The notes: generated by a model from the sequence alone, not told the origin. 64,000 nt of DNA from the human T2T-CHM13v2.0 reference genome, Homo sapiens (GCA_009914755.4 CP086569.2:23616001-23680000), one strand, 5' to 3'; counted from the stretch's first letter, positions 1 to 12,400 are shown. A program made the numbers and translations.

Positions 1-20
1 CACTGGCCATCAGAGAAATG
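1..20 (+). mobile_element. possible LINE-1 ORF2 3'-end fragment in sense orientation, abutting the inverted L1 that follows
   Basis: Nucleotides 1-20 (cactggccatcagagaaatg) match from memory the L1 ORF2 C-terminal sequence CACTGGCCATCAGAGAAATGCAAATCAAAACC. The match stops at 20, where antisense L1 ORF1 sequence begins. Only 20 nt are visible, so the call is tentative. Confidence 0.3.
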
Positions 21-447
21 TTCATTTCTTTTCATACTTTTTTCTCTAAACTTCTCTTCTTGCTTCATTTCATTCATTTGAACTTCCATCACTGATACCC
101 TTTCTTCCATTTGATTGACTCGACTACTGAAGCTTGTGCATTCATCACGTAGTTCTTGTGCCATGGCTTTCAGCTCCATCAGTTCCTTTAAGGACTTCTG
201 TGCCTTGGTTATTCTAGTTAGCCATTTGTCTAATCTTTTTTCAAGGTTTCTAACTCCTTTGCCATGGGTTTGAACTTCCTCCTTTAGCTCAGAGAAGTTT
301 GATCATCTGAAGCCTTCTTCTCTCTACTTGTCATGTCATTCTCCATCCAGCTTTGTTCCATTGCTGGTGAGGTGTTGCATTCCTTTGGAGGAGGAGAGGC
401 ACTCTGATTTTAGAATTTTCAGTTTTTCTGCTCTGCTTTTTCCCCAT
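21..447 (-). pseudogene. L1 ORF1 remnant (start codon at 445-447 on the minus strand), frameshifted and truncated
   Basis: The ORF1p N-terminus MGKKQ.RKT.NSK is recognisable. Downstream, the reading frame breaks: the reverse complement of 21-300 still encodes ELMELKA..RELR-like ORF1 sequence but in another frame. ORF1 sequence ends abruptly at about 20. Confidence 0.7.
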
Positions 448-1475
448 CTTTGTGGTTTTATCTACCTTTGGTCTTTGATGATGATAACGTACAGATGGGG
501 TTTTGGTGTTGATGTCCTTTCTGTTTGTTAGTTTTCCTTCTAACAATCACCACCCTCAGCTGCAGGTTGGTGGAAGTTTGCGGAGGTCCACTCCAGACTC
601 TGTGTGTGTGGGTATCAGCAGCGGAGACTGCAGAACAGTGGGTATTGGTGAACAGCAAATGTTGCTGCCTGATTGTTCCTCTGGAAGTTTTGTCTCAGAG
701 GGGTACCTGACCACATGAGGGGTCAGTCTGCCCCTACTGGGGGGTGCCTCCCAGTTAGGCTACTCGAGGGTCAGGGACCCAGTTGCGGAGGCAGTCTGTC
801 CGTTCTCAGATCTCAAGCTGCATTCTGGGAGAAGAACTACTGTCTTCCAAGCTGTCAGACAGGGACATTTAAGTCTGCAGGGGTTTCAGCTGCCTTTTGT
901 TGGGCTATGCCCTGCCCCCAGAGGTGGAGTCTACAGAGGCAGGCAGGCCTCCTTGAACTGTGGTGGGCTCCATCCAGTTTGAGCTTCCCAGCCACTTTGT
1001 TTACCTGCTCAAGCCTCAGCAATGGTGGGAACCCCTTCCCCAGCCTCGCTGCTGCCTTGCAGTTTGATCTCAGACTGCTGTGCTAGCAATGAGTGAGGCT
1101 CCATTGGTGTAGGACCCTCTGAGCCAGGCACAGGTTATAATCTCCTGGTGTGCCATTTGCTAAGACCATTGGAAAAGTGCAGTATTAGGGTGGGAGTGAC
1201 CTTGTTTTCCAGGTGCCCTCTGTCACCCCTTTCCTTGGCTAGGAAAGGGAATTCCCTGACCCCTTGAGCTTCCTGGGTGAAGCAATGCCTCACCCTGCTT
1301 TGGCTCATGCTCAGTGCACTGCACCCACTGTCCTGCACCCACTCTCTGACAATCACCAGTGAGATGAACCTGGTACCTCAGTTGGAAATGCAGAAATCAT
1401 CCACGTTCTGCATCACTCACGCTGGGTGCTGTAGACCAGAGCTGCTCCTATTTGGCCATCTTGTAACCACCCCCT
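21..1475 (-). mobile_element. LINE-1 (L1PA-like) 5' UTR plus N-terminal part of ORF1; the 5' end of the element lies at about 1475
   Basis: Reverse complement of 1440-1475 is GGGGGTGGTTACAAGATGGCCAAATAGGAGCAGCTC, the canonical L1 5' start. The reverse complement of about 450-1475 matches the L1PA 5' UTR, including GCAGCAGCGAGGCTGGGGAAGGGG and TGCTAGCACAGCAGTCTGAGATCAAACTGCAAGG. The minus-strand ORF at 331-546 translates to MGKKQSRKTENSKIRVPLLLQRNATPHQQWNKAGW, which is the ORF1p N-terminus. Confidence 0.85.
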
Positions 1476-2956
1476 GTTAGTTTCTTTCTTACCAAAACCC
1501 ACTGTAGCATTTTCTTCTCATATTCTTTTTGTCACATTCTTAGCAGAAGAACATTGATTTGACTATGGCTCTCTCTACATTATTGTTACCCTTTTTCCAT
1601 TTTGAACAGATAATTGTTCCCTTTGTATTCATTGATATTTACTTGATGGAATGCATTTATTAATGTTATATGTAACTGAGTAGTATATACTTAATTGTTA
1701 ACTAATACAAATAATTAGTAAGTTAGCTAGTGAGACTACAGCACAGGAAAAATAGATATGTAAATTATACATTATGGTTGATGCCATAAGATGTATGAGA
1801 AAATGTCTCAGTATTTTTTTAAAAGAGGATACACATAATGTCATTTTCTAAATAATGATAAGGATCAACCTCTTTGATAAAATATCTACATATATTTTAC
1901 ACCAAGTTCATTTTTAGAAGTCCCATAACATTCGTATAATTTTTGTTAGGCCTAATTTGCAAAACAGGAAACTTAAGTTACAAGCCTTTAAAAGGTACAC
2001 AGTTTTAGGAATCTATTACTAAAAAAATTGATTTAAACCAACAAACCTTCCCTCTATAAATATTTTCTTCTTAAAGAAAACTGTCTCTTATAAAGACATT
2101 GTAAAAAACAAGATTGAAAATGATTTTTAATCTATTACATATACTTCCAAGAAACATTTTCTAGGCAGAGATAAAACATGTGGAGATGAATGGAGTCATT
2201 ATAATCCATGTGGTGGAAGGAAAAGCAAAAACACAAATACAGAATTATATTTACTGGGAGGATATGCAGAAACATGCAATGTTACAAGTAAAAATCTACT
2301 CGGTGGAATAACCTGCCTTTTTTTGTGATCAGTGAAATAGGACTAAATACACAAAGATCAAGGAATGTCACTAAATACACAAAGATCAAGTGGACACAGG
2401 GAGAGAGTGCAAGATCACGAAACATCTTGCTTGCCATGCAAATAGGCTACTTTTTTTAGGGCAGCGGTTAAAAATCATTTGACCAAAAGCTTGGTGTCTA
2501 CCAGATGGTATAATGCATGTGGTGATTTGTACAATATAAAGTTTGGCAAACCAAGAAAAATCTAACCTTCACCACTTAATAGCTGTGTGAAGTTAGACTG
2601 CTTAATCTTTGAAATTTACCCAATCAGCAAAGAGAATATAATAACGGTATCTACTGGATATTAGTATCATAAGATTAAAATTTACTGAGCTCACTATGTG
2701 CAACATAGTTTAGGGCTAAAAAATCTATAGAATTGTAATTACATTTATATTCAGTGAGACCTAGAGGTTTACTTGCAATCCTGCTTTCCTTAGTGACTGG
2801 TCAAAGCTACACAAAATATATTTAAAAAATTGTGTTGCTTCTGATGTTTCACATCAAGTAAAACACCCAATTGTTTAATTATATTATTATATACTTACAC
2901 TTAGACATGCCTAAACAAGGAAGACAAGGAAATGAAGAAACACACATGCATGAGTA

Positions 2957-2958
2957 CA

Positions 2959-3000
<42 letters not shown>
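2957..3000. repeat. (CA)n / (TG)n dinucleotide microsatellite
   Basis: An uninterrupted cacacaca run of about 22 units. Confidence 0.95.
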
Positions 3001-3004
<4 letters not shown>

Positions 3005-3161
3005 AAGAATAACAAGAGAATAATTTAACAAGAGAAAGAAACATGAAAGAATTATAAGAAATCTTTGCACTATTATAGTGATGTGGAAAATAAGATGACA
3101 GATAATTTCAGAAAACACATGATTTATCAAGAATTGTTTGGAAAGAAAAACCCTATCTGTA

Positions 3162-3460
3162 GGCCCAGGTTGTTGGCTTAAGCCTGTAATTCCAGCACAT
3201 TGGGAGGCCAAGGGGAGCCAGATGACTTGAGGCCAGGTGTTCCAGGCCAGCCTGGGCAAAAAGGTGAAACTCTGTCTCTACCAAAAACACATACAATTAG
3301 CTGGGAGTAGTGGCATGAGACTGTGGTCCCCGCTACAGGTGGTGAGCTGGGAGAATCCTTTACACCCAGGAGGTGGAGTTTGTACTAAGCGAAGATCATG
3401 CCACTGCACTCTGGACTGGGTGATACAGCATGACCCAGTCTCAAAAACAAAACAAAACAA
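3162..3460 (+). mobile_element. Alu element (older, AluJ/S-like), plus orientation with an A-rich tail
   Basis: Starts GGCCCAGGTTGTTGGCTTAAGCCTGTAATCCCAGCACATTGGGAGGCCAAGG and contains GAGGCCAGGTGTTCCAGGCCAGCCTGGGCAAAAAGGTGAAACTCTGTCTCTACCAAAAACACA. It ends in CAAAACAAAACAA. It is diverged from the Alu consensus. Confidence 0.75.
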
Positions 3461-3555
3461 GTAAACACACTAAATACCAAACTCGTATATAATGAATCCT
3501 AGGGAATAAACCTGAAAAACCTGCTTAGGCATCACTATTTTGCTGACAAATTATT

Positions 3556-3660
3556 CCTTCTTCATTTCCCTTTTTTCTTTTTCTTTTTTCCTTCCCTTCC
3601 CTTGTCTACTCTTTCTTTTCCTTTCTCCCTTCCTTCCTTCTTTTCTTCTTTTGTTTGCTC
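3556..3660. repeat. CT-rich low-complexity / simple repeat (ctttc/ccttc)n
   Basis: Runs of ttttcttttcctttctcccttccttcc. Confidence 0.8.
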
Positions 3661-3768
3661 TTTTTTTTTTTTTTTTTTTTTTGAGACAGGGTCTCTGTCC
3701 CCGGGCTGTAGTGCAGTGGTTCCATCATAGCTCACTGCAGCCTCCCAATTCCAAGTCTCACGTATCCT
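3661..3768 (-). mobile_element. Alu fragment (about 100 bp, minus orientation) preceded by a poly-T run
   Basis: TTTTTTTTTTTTTGAGACAGGGTCTCTGTCCCCGGGCTGTAGTGCAGTGGTTCCATCATAGCTCACTGCAGCCTCCCAA is the reverse complement of the Alu 3' end. Only the terminal ~100 bp is present. Confidence 0.65.
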
Positions 3769-5095
3769 TTTCCTTTGCCTCCCCAATAGTTAAGACTAAG
3801 GGAATGAGCATATGAAAGGATGATAACCATCATATATTATTGGGTAGTTGTGAATGTGATAATAAATTAAACATTAAATAGCAAAAATTCTAAAAACTGA
3901 TAACAGCAAATTTAGAAGAATGTCTGGTAGGCTTTGTTTTCTTTTAACAAAACTAAACACTCTCTCAATCTCATCCAGCGGTCTTGCTTCTTGGAATTTT
4001 TCCAACTAAACTAAAAACATGTTTACATCAAAATTTGCATATGGACATGTTGTATAGTAGTTAAGTGGATAAACTGTGGTTTATGGACTATTTATCTAAC
4101 ACTGTTCAGCACTGAAAAAAATGAGCTTTCAAGTCATGAAAAGACATGGAAGGAAATTAAATGTATATTTACAAGTGAAATAAGCAAATCAGAAAATGCT
4201 ACACATATTATTTCAAATATATGGCAATCTAGAAAAAAATTATTGAAGAAGTAAAAAGATTAGTGGTCACAATGATTTACAAGGGAGAGTACAATAAATA
4301 GGCACAACTCAGGTAATTATTAGAGTATACAATACTGAAACTATTCTACATAATACCATAATTTTGGATATATTTTATTACATGTTTGTCAAAACTCATA
4401 GAATGTGCAACAGTAAAAATGAGTCCTAATGTAAATTGCAGATATTGAATGATAAAGTGTTGATGTAGGTTTATGAATTGTAACAAACATACCAGTCTCA
4501 TTAGAGATATTGATAGTGGGGAAGGTTGTACATGTGGGCACAGGGTGTAAGGGAGCTTTCTTTACTTGCTTCTCAATTTTGTTATAAGGCTAAAACTACT
4601 CTACTAAGATTTATTGATTTAAAAGCCTCAGTAATTAAGATCTGTATTTCAGAGCAATCGTCATAAATAATTATTAATAAAAATTAAATGTTGGACAAAA
4701 TATTTTATGGAAAGATAAGATCAGTATCAATATGAATGCTATGCTAAGGAATACTGAAGCATTAAGCAAAATAAAGAATCAATAATGTGCCATCTTTAAA
4801 AATATTATAATACTTTTTTATGATTATGCATTATTTTGGATTATGAAAACATTGCATTAAAAAGTATTCTTAGTGTTGATTGTTGAATTTTTTGGTGACC
4901 TTTAACTTTTGCATTTAAAGTAATTGTATTCACTTCATCTGCTTAATTTGTAGTTTACTAAATCTTGGAATGGAATAGTAGACACAATGCAGGAGAGGCA
5001 AGCCGCAAACAGAGCTAAGCCTCCTGGTTTCTTGGCTTTGTTCAGGAAAGAATTCAATGTCAAACCAGAAGTAGAAAAAAAAAATAGCTTAGCTG

Positions 5096-5099
5096 ATGA
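5096..5099. repeat. 4-bp target-site duplication (ATGA), left copy, flanking the HERV9 provirus
   Basis: agctgATGA|tgagaggtga at the 5' LTR start. The identical ATGA follows the 3' LTR end at 15348-15351. Confidence 0.75.
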
Positions 5100-6246
5100 T
5101 GAGAGGTGATAATGTGCTAGCAGCCCTCGCTTGCTCTTGGTGCCTCCTCGGCCTCGGAGTCTGCTCTGGCTGTGCTCCAGGAGCCCTTCAGCCTGCCACT
5201 GCACTGTGGGGGCCCCTCTCTGTGGCTGGCTGAGGGTGGAACCAGCTCCCTCTGCTCACGGGGAGGTGTGGAGGGACAGGTGCCAGTGGGAGCCAGGGCT
5301 GTGCATGACACTCCTGGGCTGACATTGGTTCCATGTGGGTGCAGGCTGGGTGGGCCCCACACTCAGCGAAGCTGGCCAGCACCTGCTGGGCTTGATCAGA
5401 GGATGAGCTCCCTCTGGGCTGCTGGAGTGCCTGGGCTAGATGCCACAAAGTCCCCAGTGAGTTCCATTGAGAGGTGAAGCCAGCTGGGCTTCTGGGTCAG
5501 ATGGGGACTTGGAGAACTTTTCTGCCTAGCTTAAGGATTGTAAATGTGCCAATCAGCACTCTGTGTCTAGCTAAAGGTTTGTAAATGCACCAATTAGAGC
5601 TCTGTGTCTAGCTAATCTGGTGGCAACTTGGAGAACTTTTGTATCTAGCTAAAGGATTGTAAATGCACCAATCAGCACTCTGTCTAGCTAAGTTATTGTA
5701 AATGCACCAATAAGCACTCTGAGAAAACCGACCAATCAGCTCTCTGTGAAATGGACGAGTGAGCTCTATGTGAAATGAACCAATCATTAGGATGTAGGTG
5801 GGGCCAGATAAGGGAATAAAAGCAGGTCACCCGAGCCAGCAGTGGCAATCCACTCAGGTCCCCTTCCATGCTGTGGAAGCTTTGTTCTTTCGCTCTTTGC
5901 AATGAATCTTGCTGCTGCTCCTTACTTGGGCCCACATCACCTTTATTAGCTCACCGTGAAGGTCTGCAGCATCACTCCTGAGGCCAGTGAGATCATGAAC
6001 CCACCACGAGGAATTAACAACTCCAGACAAGCTGCCTTTAAGAGCTGTAACAGTCTCCGCGAAGGTCTGCATCTTCACTCCGGAAGTCAGTGAGACCACC
6101 AGAAGCAAGAAACTCTGGACACATCTGAACATCTGAAGGAACAAACTCTAGACACACCATCTTTTAGAACTGTAACACTCACCACTAGGGTTGGCAGCTT
6201 CATTCTTGAAGTCAGTGAGACCAACAACCCATCAATTCCAGACGCA
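5100..6246 (+). repeat. LTR12 (ERV9) 5' LTR, about 1.15 kb
   Basis: Begins TGAGAGGTGATAATGTGCTAGCAGCCCTCGC. It contains at least 6 tandem CCAAT-box subrepeats (5520-5800), the TATA-like GGGAATAAAAGCAGG (5813-5827), and U5 repeats of GTAACA..TCCGCGAAGGTCTGCA..CAGTGAGACCA. It ends ..CAATTCCAGACGCA. Confidence 0.85.
5520..5830 (+). promoter_or_regulatory. LTR12 U3 enhancer/promoter module: tandem CCAAT-containing ~40-bp subrepeats followed by a TATA-like AATAAAAG
   Basis: Seen in sequence: repeated GGATTGTAAATGCACCAATCAGCACTCTGT units and GGGAATAAAAGCAGG. From established knowledge, LTR12/ERV9 U3 repeats bind NF-Y and act as promoters/enhancers. Activity at this locus is not testable from sequence. 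Confidence 0.55.
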
Positions 6247-6249
6247 TTT

Positions 6250-6267
6250 TGGCAATCACAAAGGTAC
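6250..6267 (+). other. primer-binding site, tRNA-Arg-like (degenerate)
   Basis: TGGCAATCACAAAGGTAC lies 3 nt after the LTR end. About 14 of 18 positions match the complement of the tRNA-Arg 3' end TGGCGACCACGAAGGGAC as remembered, which is the ERV9 PBS type. Confidence 0.45.
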
Positions 6268-7567
6268 TATCGCCTATCACCAAGCAGTGAGACTATCAGC
6301 AAGTGGTAAGACCATCGCCTATTGGTGAGATCATCACCTACTGCCAAGTGGTGAGTACCATCAGACCCCTTTCTCTTGCTATTATGTGCTATTTTTCCCT
6401 AGAATTCTGGGGCTAAATATTGGGCACCTTTCGGCCAGTTAAAAGCAACTAGCGTGGCTGCTGGACTAAAGACACGGGTGTCAGCCTTTCTGAAAAGGGC
6501 TCTCTAACAACCCCCGACTCTTTGGAGTTGGGAGCGTTGGTTTGCCTCAAACCAGCTTCCACTTTTCCTGTAATTCTGGGCCAAGCCAAGGGTTGACAGA
6601 GAGGAAAGCCATTCGGCTCCAGGGTCCTGACAACAAGTTGGTTGACCCTGCAGCCATGAGCAGAACTCTCAAAGGCATGTTGCCCAAGAGAGACTCGTCC
6701 ATCTATCCTATCTATCTTGACACTTGCCCCTGGGTCCTAATGCCTGCCAGACAAACTTCCTCTTGCCACTTTTCTCTGAGGCTAGCCCCACTTCTAAAAA
6801 CCATTCCCTGTCTCTGGTGCTTCCTTAGTTTCTGCTATAATATGATTTCTAGTGTAAGCTTCAGGACTCTGTTACCTTCCTCAGGCACCTGGGCTCACCA
6901 ATCAGAAAAACATATTTTTTGCCCAAAGCCCCATTGCAGGGGGAAATATCTGGAATTTTAGGATCCCACCTCAGACTAGCAGGCCTAACAAAAGCTATTG
7001 CTGAAGCTAGGATATGGGGAGCCTCAGAAATTGTATCCTTCTTATTCACATAAGTGAGGACAAAAGGTGTCACACTTCCAAACCTGGAGATCATTTCCTT
7101 CCCTCAGGTTATGGACCTCCACTTCTTTTTTTGGGCATAATATCTTTATAGGACACAGATAAGGTCCCAGTACTAAGAGGAGAATGCTTAGGACTCTAAC
7201 AGGTTTTTGAGAATGCATCAGTAAGGGCCACTAAATCCAATTTTTTCTGGTCCTCCTTGTGGGCTAGGAGGACAGGCAAGGGTGCAGCTTTCCCAAAATG
7301 CATCAGAAAGGGCCACTAAATCTGACCTTCTTCACTCCTCCTTGTGGTCTTGGAGGAAAACTAGTGTTTCTGCTGCTGCATTGGTGAGTGCAACTATTCT
7401 GATCAGCAGGGTCCAGGGACTGTTGTGGGATCTTGAGCAGGCATTGTCCCTCCTGCTGCATCAGTGAGCACAACTATTCTGATCAGCAGTGTCCAGGGAC
7501 CATTGTGGGTTCTTGGGCAGGGGGAGAAACAAAACAGAACAAAACCATAGGCAGTTTTGCCTTTCAG

Positions 7568-9000
7568 ATGGAAAACACTCCGGCATCAAGAGGTTCACCC
7601 TTGAAATGCATCCTAAGCCAATGGTACCAATTTGACACACCAATCCTGAAAAGTAGGTGGCTCATTTTTTTCTGCACTTTGGCTTGCCCCAATATTCTCC
7701 CTCTGATGGGGAAAAATGGCCACCTGAGGGAAGTACAAATGACAATACTATCCTACAGCTTGACCTCTTTTGTAAGAGGGAAGGCAAATGGAGTGAAATG
7801 CCTTATGTCCAAGCTTTCTTTTCATTGAAGGAGAATACACAACTATGCAAAGTTTGCAATTTACACCCCACAGGAGGACATTTCAGCTTACCCCCATATC
7901 CTAGCCTCCCTACAGCTCCCCTTCTTATTAATGATAAGCCTCCTCTTATCTCCCCTGCCCAGAAGGAAATAAGCAAAGAAATCTCCAAAGGACCCCAAAC
8001 CCTCCAGACTATCAGTTATGCCCCCTACAAGCTCTAGGGGAAGGGGAATTTGGTCCAACTCAGATACATGTACCCTTCTCCCTCTCTGACTTAAAGCAGA
8101 CCAAGGCAGACCTGGGGAAGTTTTCAGATGATCCCGATAAGTACATAGATGTCCTACAGAGTCTAGGGCAAACCTTTGACCTCGCTTGGAGAGATGTTAT
8201 GCTACTGTTAGGCAAAAGCCTGGCCTTTAATGAAAAGAATGTGTCTTTAGCAGCAGCCCGAGTTTGGAGATACCTGGTATCTTAGCCAAGTAAGTGATAG
8301 AATGACAGCTGAAGAAAGGGAAAAAATCCCTACCAGTCAGCAAGCCATCCCCAGTATGGATCCCCACTGGTATCTTGACTCAGATCAGGGGGACTGGAGT
8401 CGTAAACATCTGTTGACCTGTGTTCTAGAAGGACTAAGGAGAATTAGGAAAAATCTCATGAATTATTCAATGATGTCCACCATAACTCAGGGAAAGGAAG
8501 AAAATCCTTCTGCCTTCCTTGAGTGGCTATGGGAGGCCTTATGAAAATATACTCCCCTGTCACCCGAATCACTTGAGGGTCAATTGATTCTAAAAGATAA
8601 GTTTATTACCCAATCAGCCACAGATATCAGGAGAAGGCTGCAAAAGCAAGCCCTTGGCCCTGAACAAAATCTAGAGGCATTATTAAACCTGGCAACCTCC
8701 ATGTTCTATAATAACGACTAAGAGGAACAGGCCCAAAAGGAAAAGCAGGATCAGAGAAAGGCCGCAGCCTTAGTCATGGACCTCAGACAGACAAACCTTG
8801 CTGGTTCAGAGAGGACAGAAAATGGAGCAGGCCAATCACCTGGTAGCGGTTGTTATCAGTGTGGTTTACAAGGACACTTTAAAAAAGATTGTCCAATGAG
8901 GAACAAGCCACCCCGTAATCCATGTCCGCTATGCTGAGACAATCACTGGAAGGTGCACTGCCCCAGAGGACAAAGGTTCTTTAGGTCAGAGGCCCCCAAC
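7568..9000 (+). pseudogene. ERV9 gag remnant (MA-CA-NC), interrupted by stops
   Basis: Starts MENTPASRGSPLKCILSQW, likely a mutated MGNTP.. myristoylation start. The NC zinc knuckle CYQCGLQGHFKKDC is at 8851-8892. The ORFs at 7433-7828, 7657-8037 and 8302-8544 are fragments of it in shifting frames. Confidence 0.7.
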
Positions 9001-9049
9001 CAGATAATCCAACAACAGGAATGAGGGTGCCCTGGGCAAGTGTCAGCTC

Positions 9050-9480
9050 ACGTTGCGACCCTCACTGAGCCCTGGATATGCTTAACCATTGGTGGCCAGG
9101 AAATTGACTTCCTTCTGGACACTGGTGCAGCCTTCTCAGTGGTAATCTGCTGTCCTGGATGACTGTGCTCAAGGTCCGTTACCATCCAAGGAATCCTGGG
9201 ACATCCTGTAACCAGGTATTTCTCCCACCTCCTTAATTGTAATTGGGAGGCTGCTCTTTTCACATGCCTTTCTTGTTATGCCTGAAAGTTCTGCACCCTT
9301 ACTAGGGAGGGATATATTAGCCAAAGCTGGAGCCATTATCTACATGAATATGGGGAGTAAATTACTCATTTGTTGTCCCCTACTTGAGGAGGGAATCAAC
9401 CCTGAAGTCTGGGCATTGGAAGGACAATTTCGAAGGGCAAAATATGTTCACCCAGTCCAAATCAGGCTAAAAGATCCCAC
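9050..9480 (+). pseudogene. ERV9 retroviral aspartyl protease remnant
   Basis: FLLDTGAAFSVV, with the DTGA active site at 9118-9129. The downstream motif ..GRDILAKAGAIIYMN.. sits in the ORF at 9278-9637. Confidence 0.7.
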
Positions 9481-12400
9481 CACTTTTCCTTGTCAAAGGC
9501 AATATCCCTTAAGGCCTGAAGCTCATAAAGGATTACAGGATATTGTTAAACATTTAGAAGCTGAAGGCTTAGTAAGGAAATGCAGCAGTCCCTACAACAC
9601 CCCAGTTCTAGGAATACAAAAACCAAATGGTCAGTGAAGATTAGTGCAAGATCTTAAACTCATCAATGAGGCACTAATTCCTCTATATCCGGTTGTACCC
9701 AAACCCTATACCCTGCTCTGTCAAATACCAGAAGAAGCAGAATGGTTCATTGTTCTGGACCTCAAGGATGCCTTCTTCTGTATTCCCCTGCACTCTGACT
9801 CGCAGTTTCTCTTTGCCTTTGAGGATCCTGCAAGATCACACATTCCAACTTACATGGACAGTCTAGACCCAAGGATTTAAAGATAGCCCTCATCTGTTTG
9901 ATCAGGCACTGGCCCAAGATCTAGGCCACTTCTCAAGTCCAGGCACTCTGGTCCTTCAGTATGTGGATGATTTATTTTTGGCTACCATTTCAGAAGCCTC
10001 ATACCAGCAGGCTACTCTAGATCTCTTGAAATTTCTAGCTAATCAAGGATACAAAGTGTCTAGGTCAAAGGCCCAGCTTTGCCTACAGCAGGTCAAATAT
10101 CTAGGCCTAGTCTTAGCCAGAGGGACCAGGGCCCTCAGCAAGGAATGAAGACAGCCTATACTGGCTCATCCTCACCCTAAGACCTTAGAACTGTTATGAG
10201 GGTTCCTTAGAGTCACTGGCTTTTGCTGACTATGGATCCCCAGAAACGGCAAGTTAGCCTGGCCCCTCTATACTCTAGTCAAGGAGACCCAGAGAGCAAA
10301 TGCTCATCTAGTAGAATGGGAACAAGAGGCAGAAATAGTCTTCAAAACCTTAAAGCAGGCCCTAGTACAAGCTCCAGCTTTAAGCCTTTCCAAAGGATAA
10401 AACTGCTCTTTATACATCACTGAGAGCAGGGATCACTCTTGGAGTCCTTACTCAGACTCGTGGGACAACCCCACAACCAGTGGCATATCTAAGTAAGGTA
10501 ATTGATGAAGTAGCAAAAGGCTGGCCTCACTGTTTATGAGTAGTTGCAGTGGTGGTGGTCTTAGTGTCAGAGGCTATCAAAATAATACAAGGAAAGAATC
10601 TCACTGTCTGTACTGCTTATGATGTAAATGGCATACTAGGTACCAAAGGAAGTGTATGGCTATAAGGAAACTGCCTACTTAGACATCAGGTGCTACTCTT
10701 TGAGGGACCAGTTCTTCAAATACATATGTGTGTGGCCCTCAACCCTGCCACTTTTATCCCAGAGGATGGGGACTCCATCGAGTATGACTGCCAACAAATT
10801 ATAGTCCAGACTTATGCCACCCGAGATGATCTCTTAGAAGTCCCCTTAGCTAATCCTGACCTTAACCTATGTACCGATCGAAGTTCATTAGTGAAGAACA
10901 GGATATGAAGGGCAGGTTATGCTATAGTTAGTGAACTAACCTTACTTGAAAGTAAGCCTGTTTCTGCAGGGTCCAGTGCCCAGTTAGCAGAACTAATGAC
11001 ACTTACCCGAGCCTTAGAACTGGGAAAAAGAAAAAGAGTAAATGTGTACACAGATAGCAAGTACGGTTATCTAATCCTACATGCCCATGCTGCAATATGG
11101 AAAGAAAGGGAGTTCCTAACCTCTGTGAGGACCCCCATTAAATACCACAAGGAAATTATACAGTTATTGCATGCAGTGGAAAAACCCAAAGAGGTGGCAG
11201 TCTTACACTGCCAAAACCATCAGAAAGGTGAAGGAGAAAAGTCAGAAGGAAACTGTTGGTTTGATTCTGAGGCCAAAATTCCTGCCAGGCAGAATCCCCC
11301 TTTAGAAATACCTATGGAAGGACCCTTAGTATGGAACAAACCCCCACCAAGAGATTAAGCCTCAGTATTCCCCACCTGAAGCAGAGTGGGGAATTTCATG
11401 GGGGCATAGTTTTCTCCCCTCAGGTTGGCTACAGAAGAAGGAAAGGTACTTATACCCAAAGCCAGCCAGTGGAAAATACGTAAAACCCTCCACCAAACTT
11501 TACATATGGGTATTGAAAACACTCATCAAATGGCCAAATCCCTATTTACAGGGCCAAATCTTCTCCAAACCATCCAACAGGTAGTCAAAGCCTGTTAGGT
11601 GTGCCAAAGGAATAATCCCTTCATCCATAGTAAGACCCCTTTGGGAGAGCAAAGAATAGGTCACTATTCTGGAAAGGACTGGCAGTTAGATTTCACCCAT
11701 ATGCCTAAGTCAAAGGGATTTCAATACTTGTTGGTCTGTGTTGATGCCTTTACAGATTGGATAGAAGCTTTCCCCTGCAAGACAGAGAAGGTTTAGGAAG
11801 TGATTAAACTCCTAATTCATGAAATAATTTCTATATTTGGGCTTCCCCAAAGCTTACAGAGTGAAAATTGTCTGGCTTTTAAGGCTGCGATAACTCAAGG
11901 AATTTCCAGGGTGCTAGCGATACAATATCACCTTCACTGTGCCTGGAGGCCACAATCCTCAGGGAAGGTCAAGAAGGCAAATGAAACACTTAAGAGACAC
12001 TTAAGGAAACTAACACAAGAAACACATCTCCCATGGCCTAGCTATTTTGACCATTGCCTTGTTGAGAATCCGAAATTCTCCTCACAAAATGGGGCTCAGT
12101 CCATATGAAATGCTGTATGGACGATCTTTTCTCACAAAAGACCCCCTACTGGATCAGGAAATGGCCTACTTGGTCAAAGATATAACTTCTTTGTCAAAAT
12201 ATCAACAAAACCTTAAAAACCTACCTGAAGGATGTCACAGAGAAAAGGGAACAGAGTTGTTTCAACTCTTTGTGGGAAGGACCATACTCGGTAATCCTCT
12301 CTACTCTCACTGCGATTAAGGTGGCAGGAATGGAAACTTGGATTACCACACCTGAGTTAAACTTTGGACGTCCCCTGAGGAACCTGTGGAACCGTCAGCT

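Noticed and set aside
673-1086. 137-aa plus-strand ORF lying antisense to the L1 5' UTR, considered as a possible L1 ORF0
   Set aside because: The primate L1 ORF0 is about 70 aa and maps further 5' in the UTR. By my coordinate conversion it would be at window about 1030-1245. This longer ORF is at the wrong position and is most likely a chance open frame in GC-rich UTR sequence.
3540-3815. K/E-rich and F/L-rich ORFs (3562-3786 minus, 3540-3815 plus)
   Set aside because: They translate a CT-rich simple repeat plus an Alu poly-T. This is low-complexity DNA, not a gene.
5117-5477. Overlapping ORFs (5117-5362 minus, 5131-5322 plus, 5172-5477 plus, 5188-5448 minus) in the ERV9 5' LTR
   Set aside because: This is the GC-rich U3 region of LTR12, which is non-coding in ERV9. 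Four mutually overlapping frames open on both strands is typical of GC-rich non-coding DNA.
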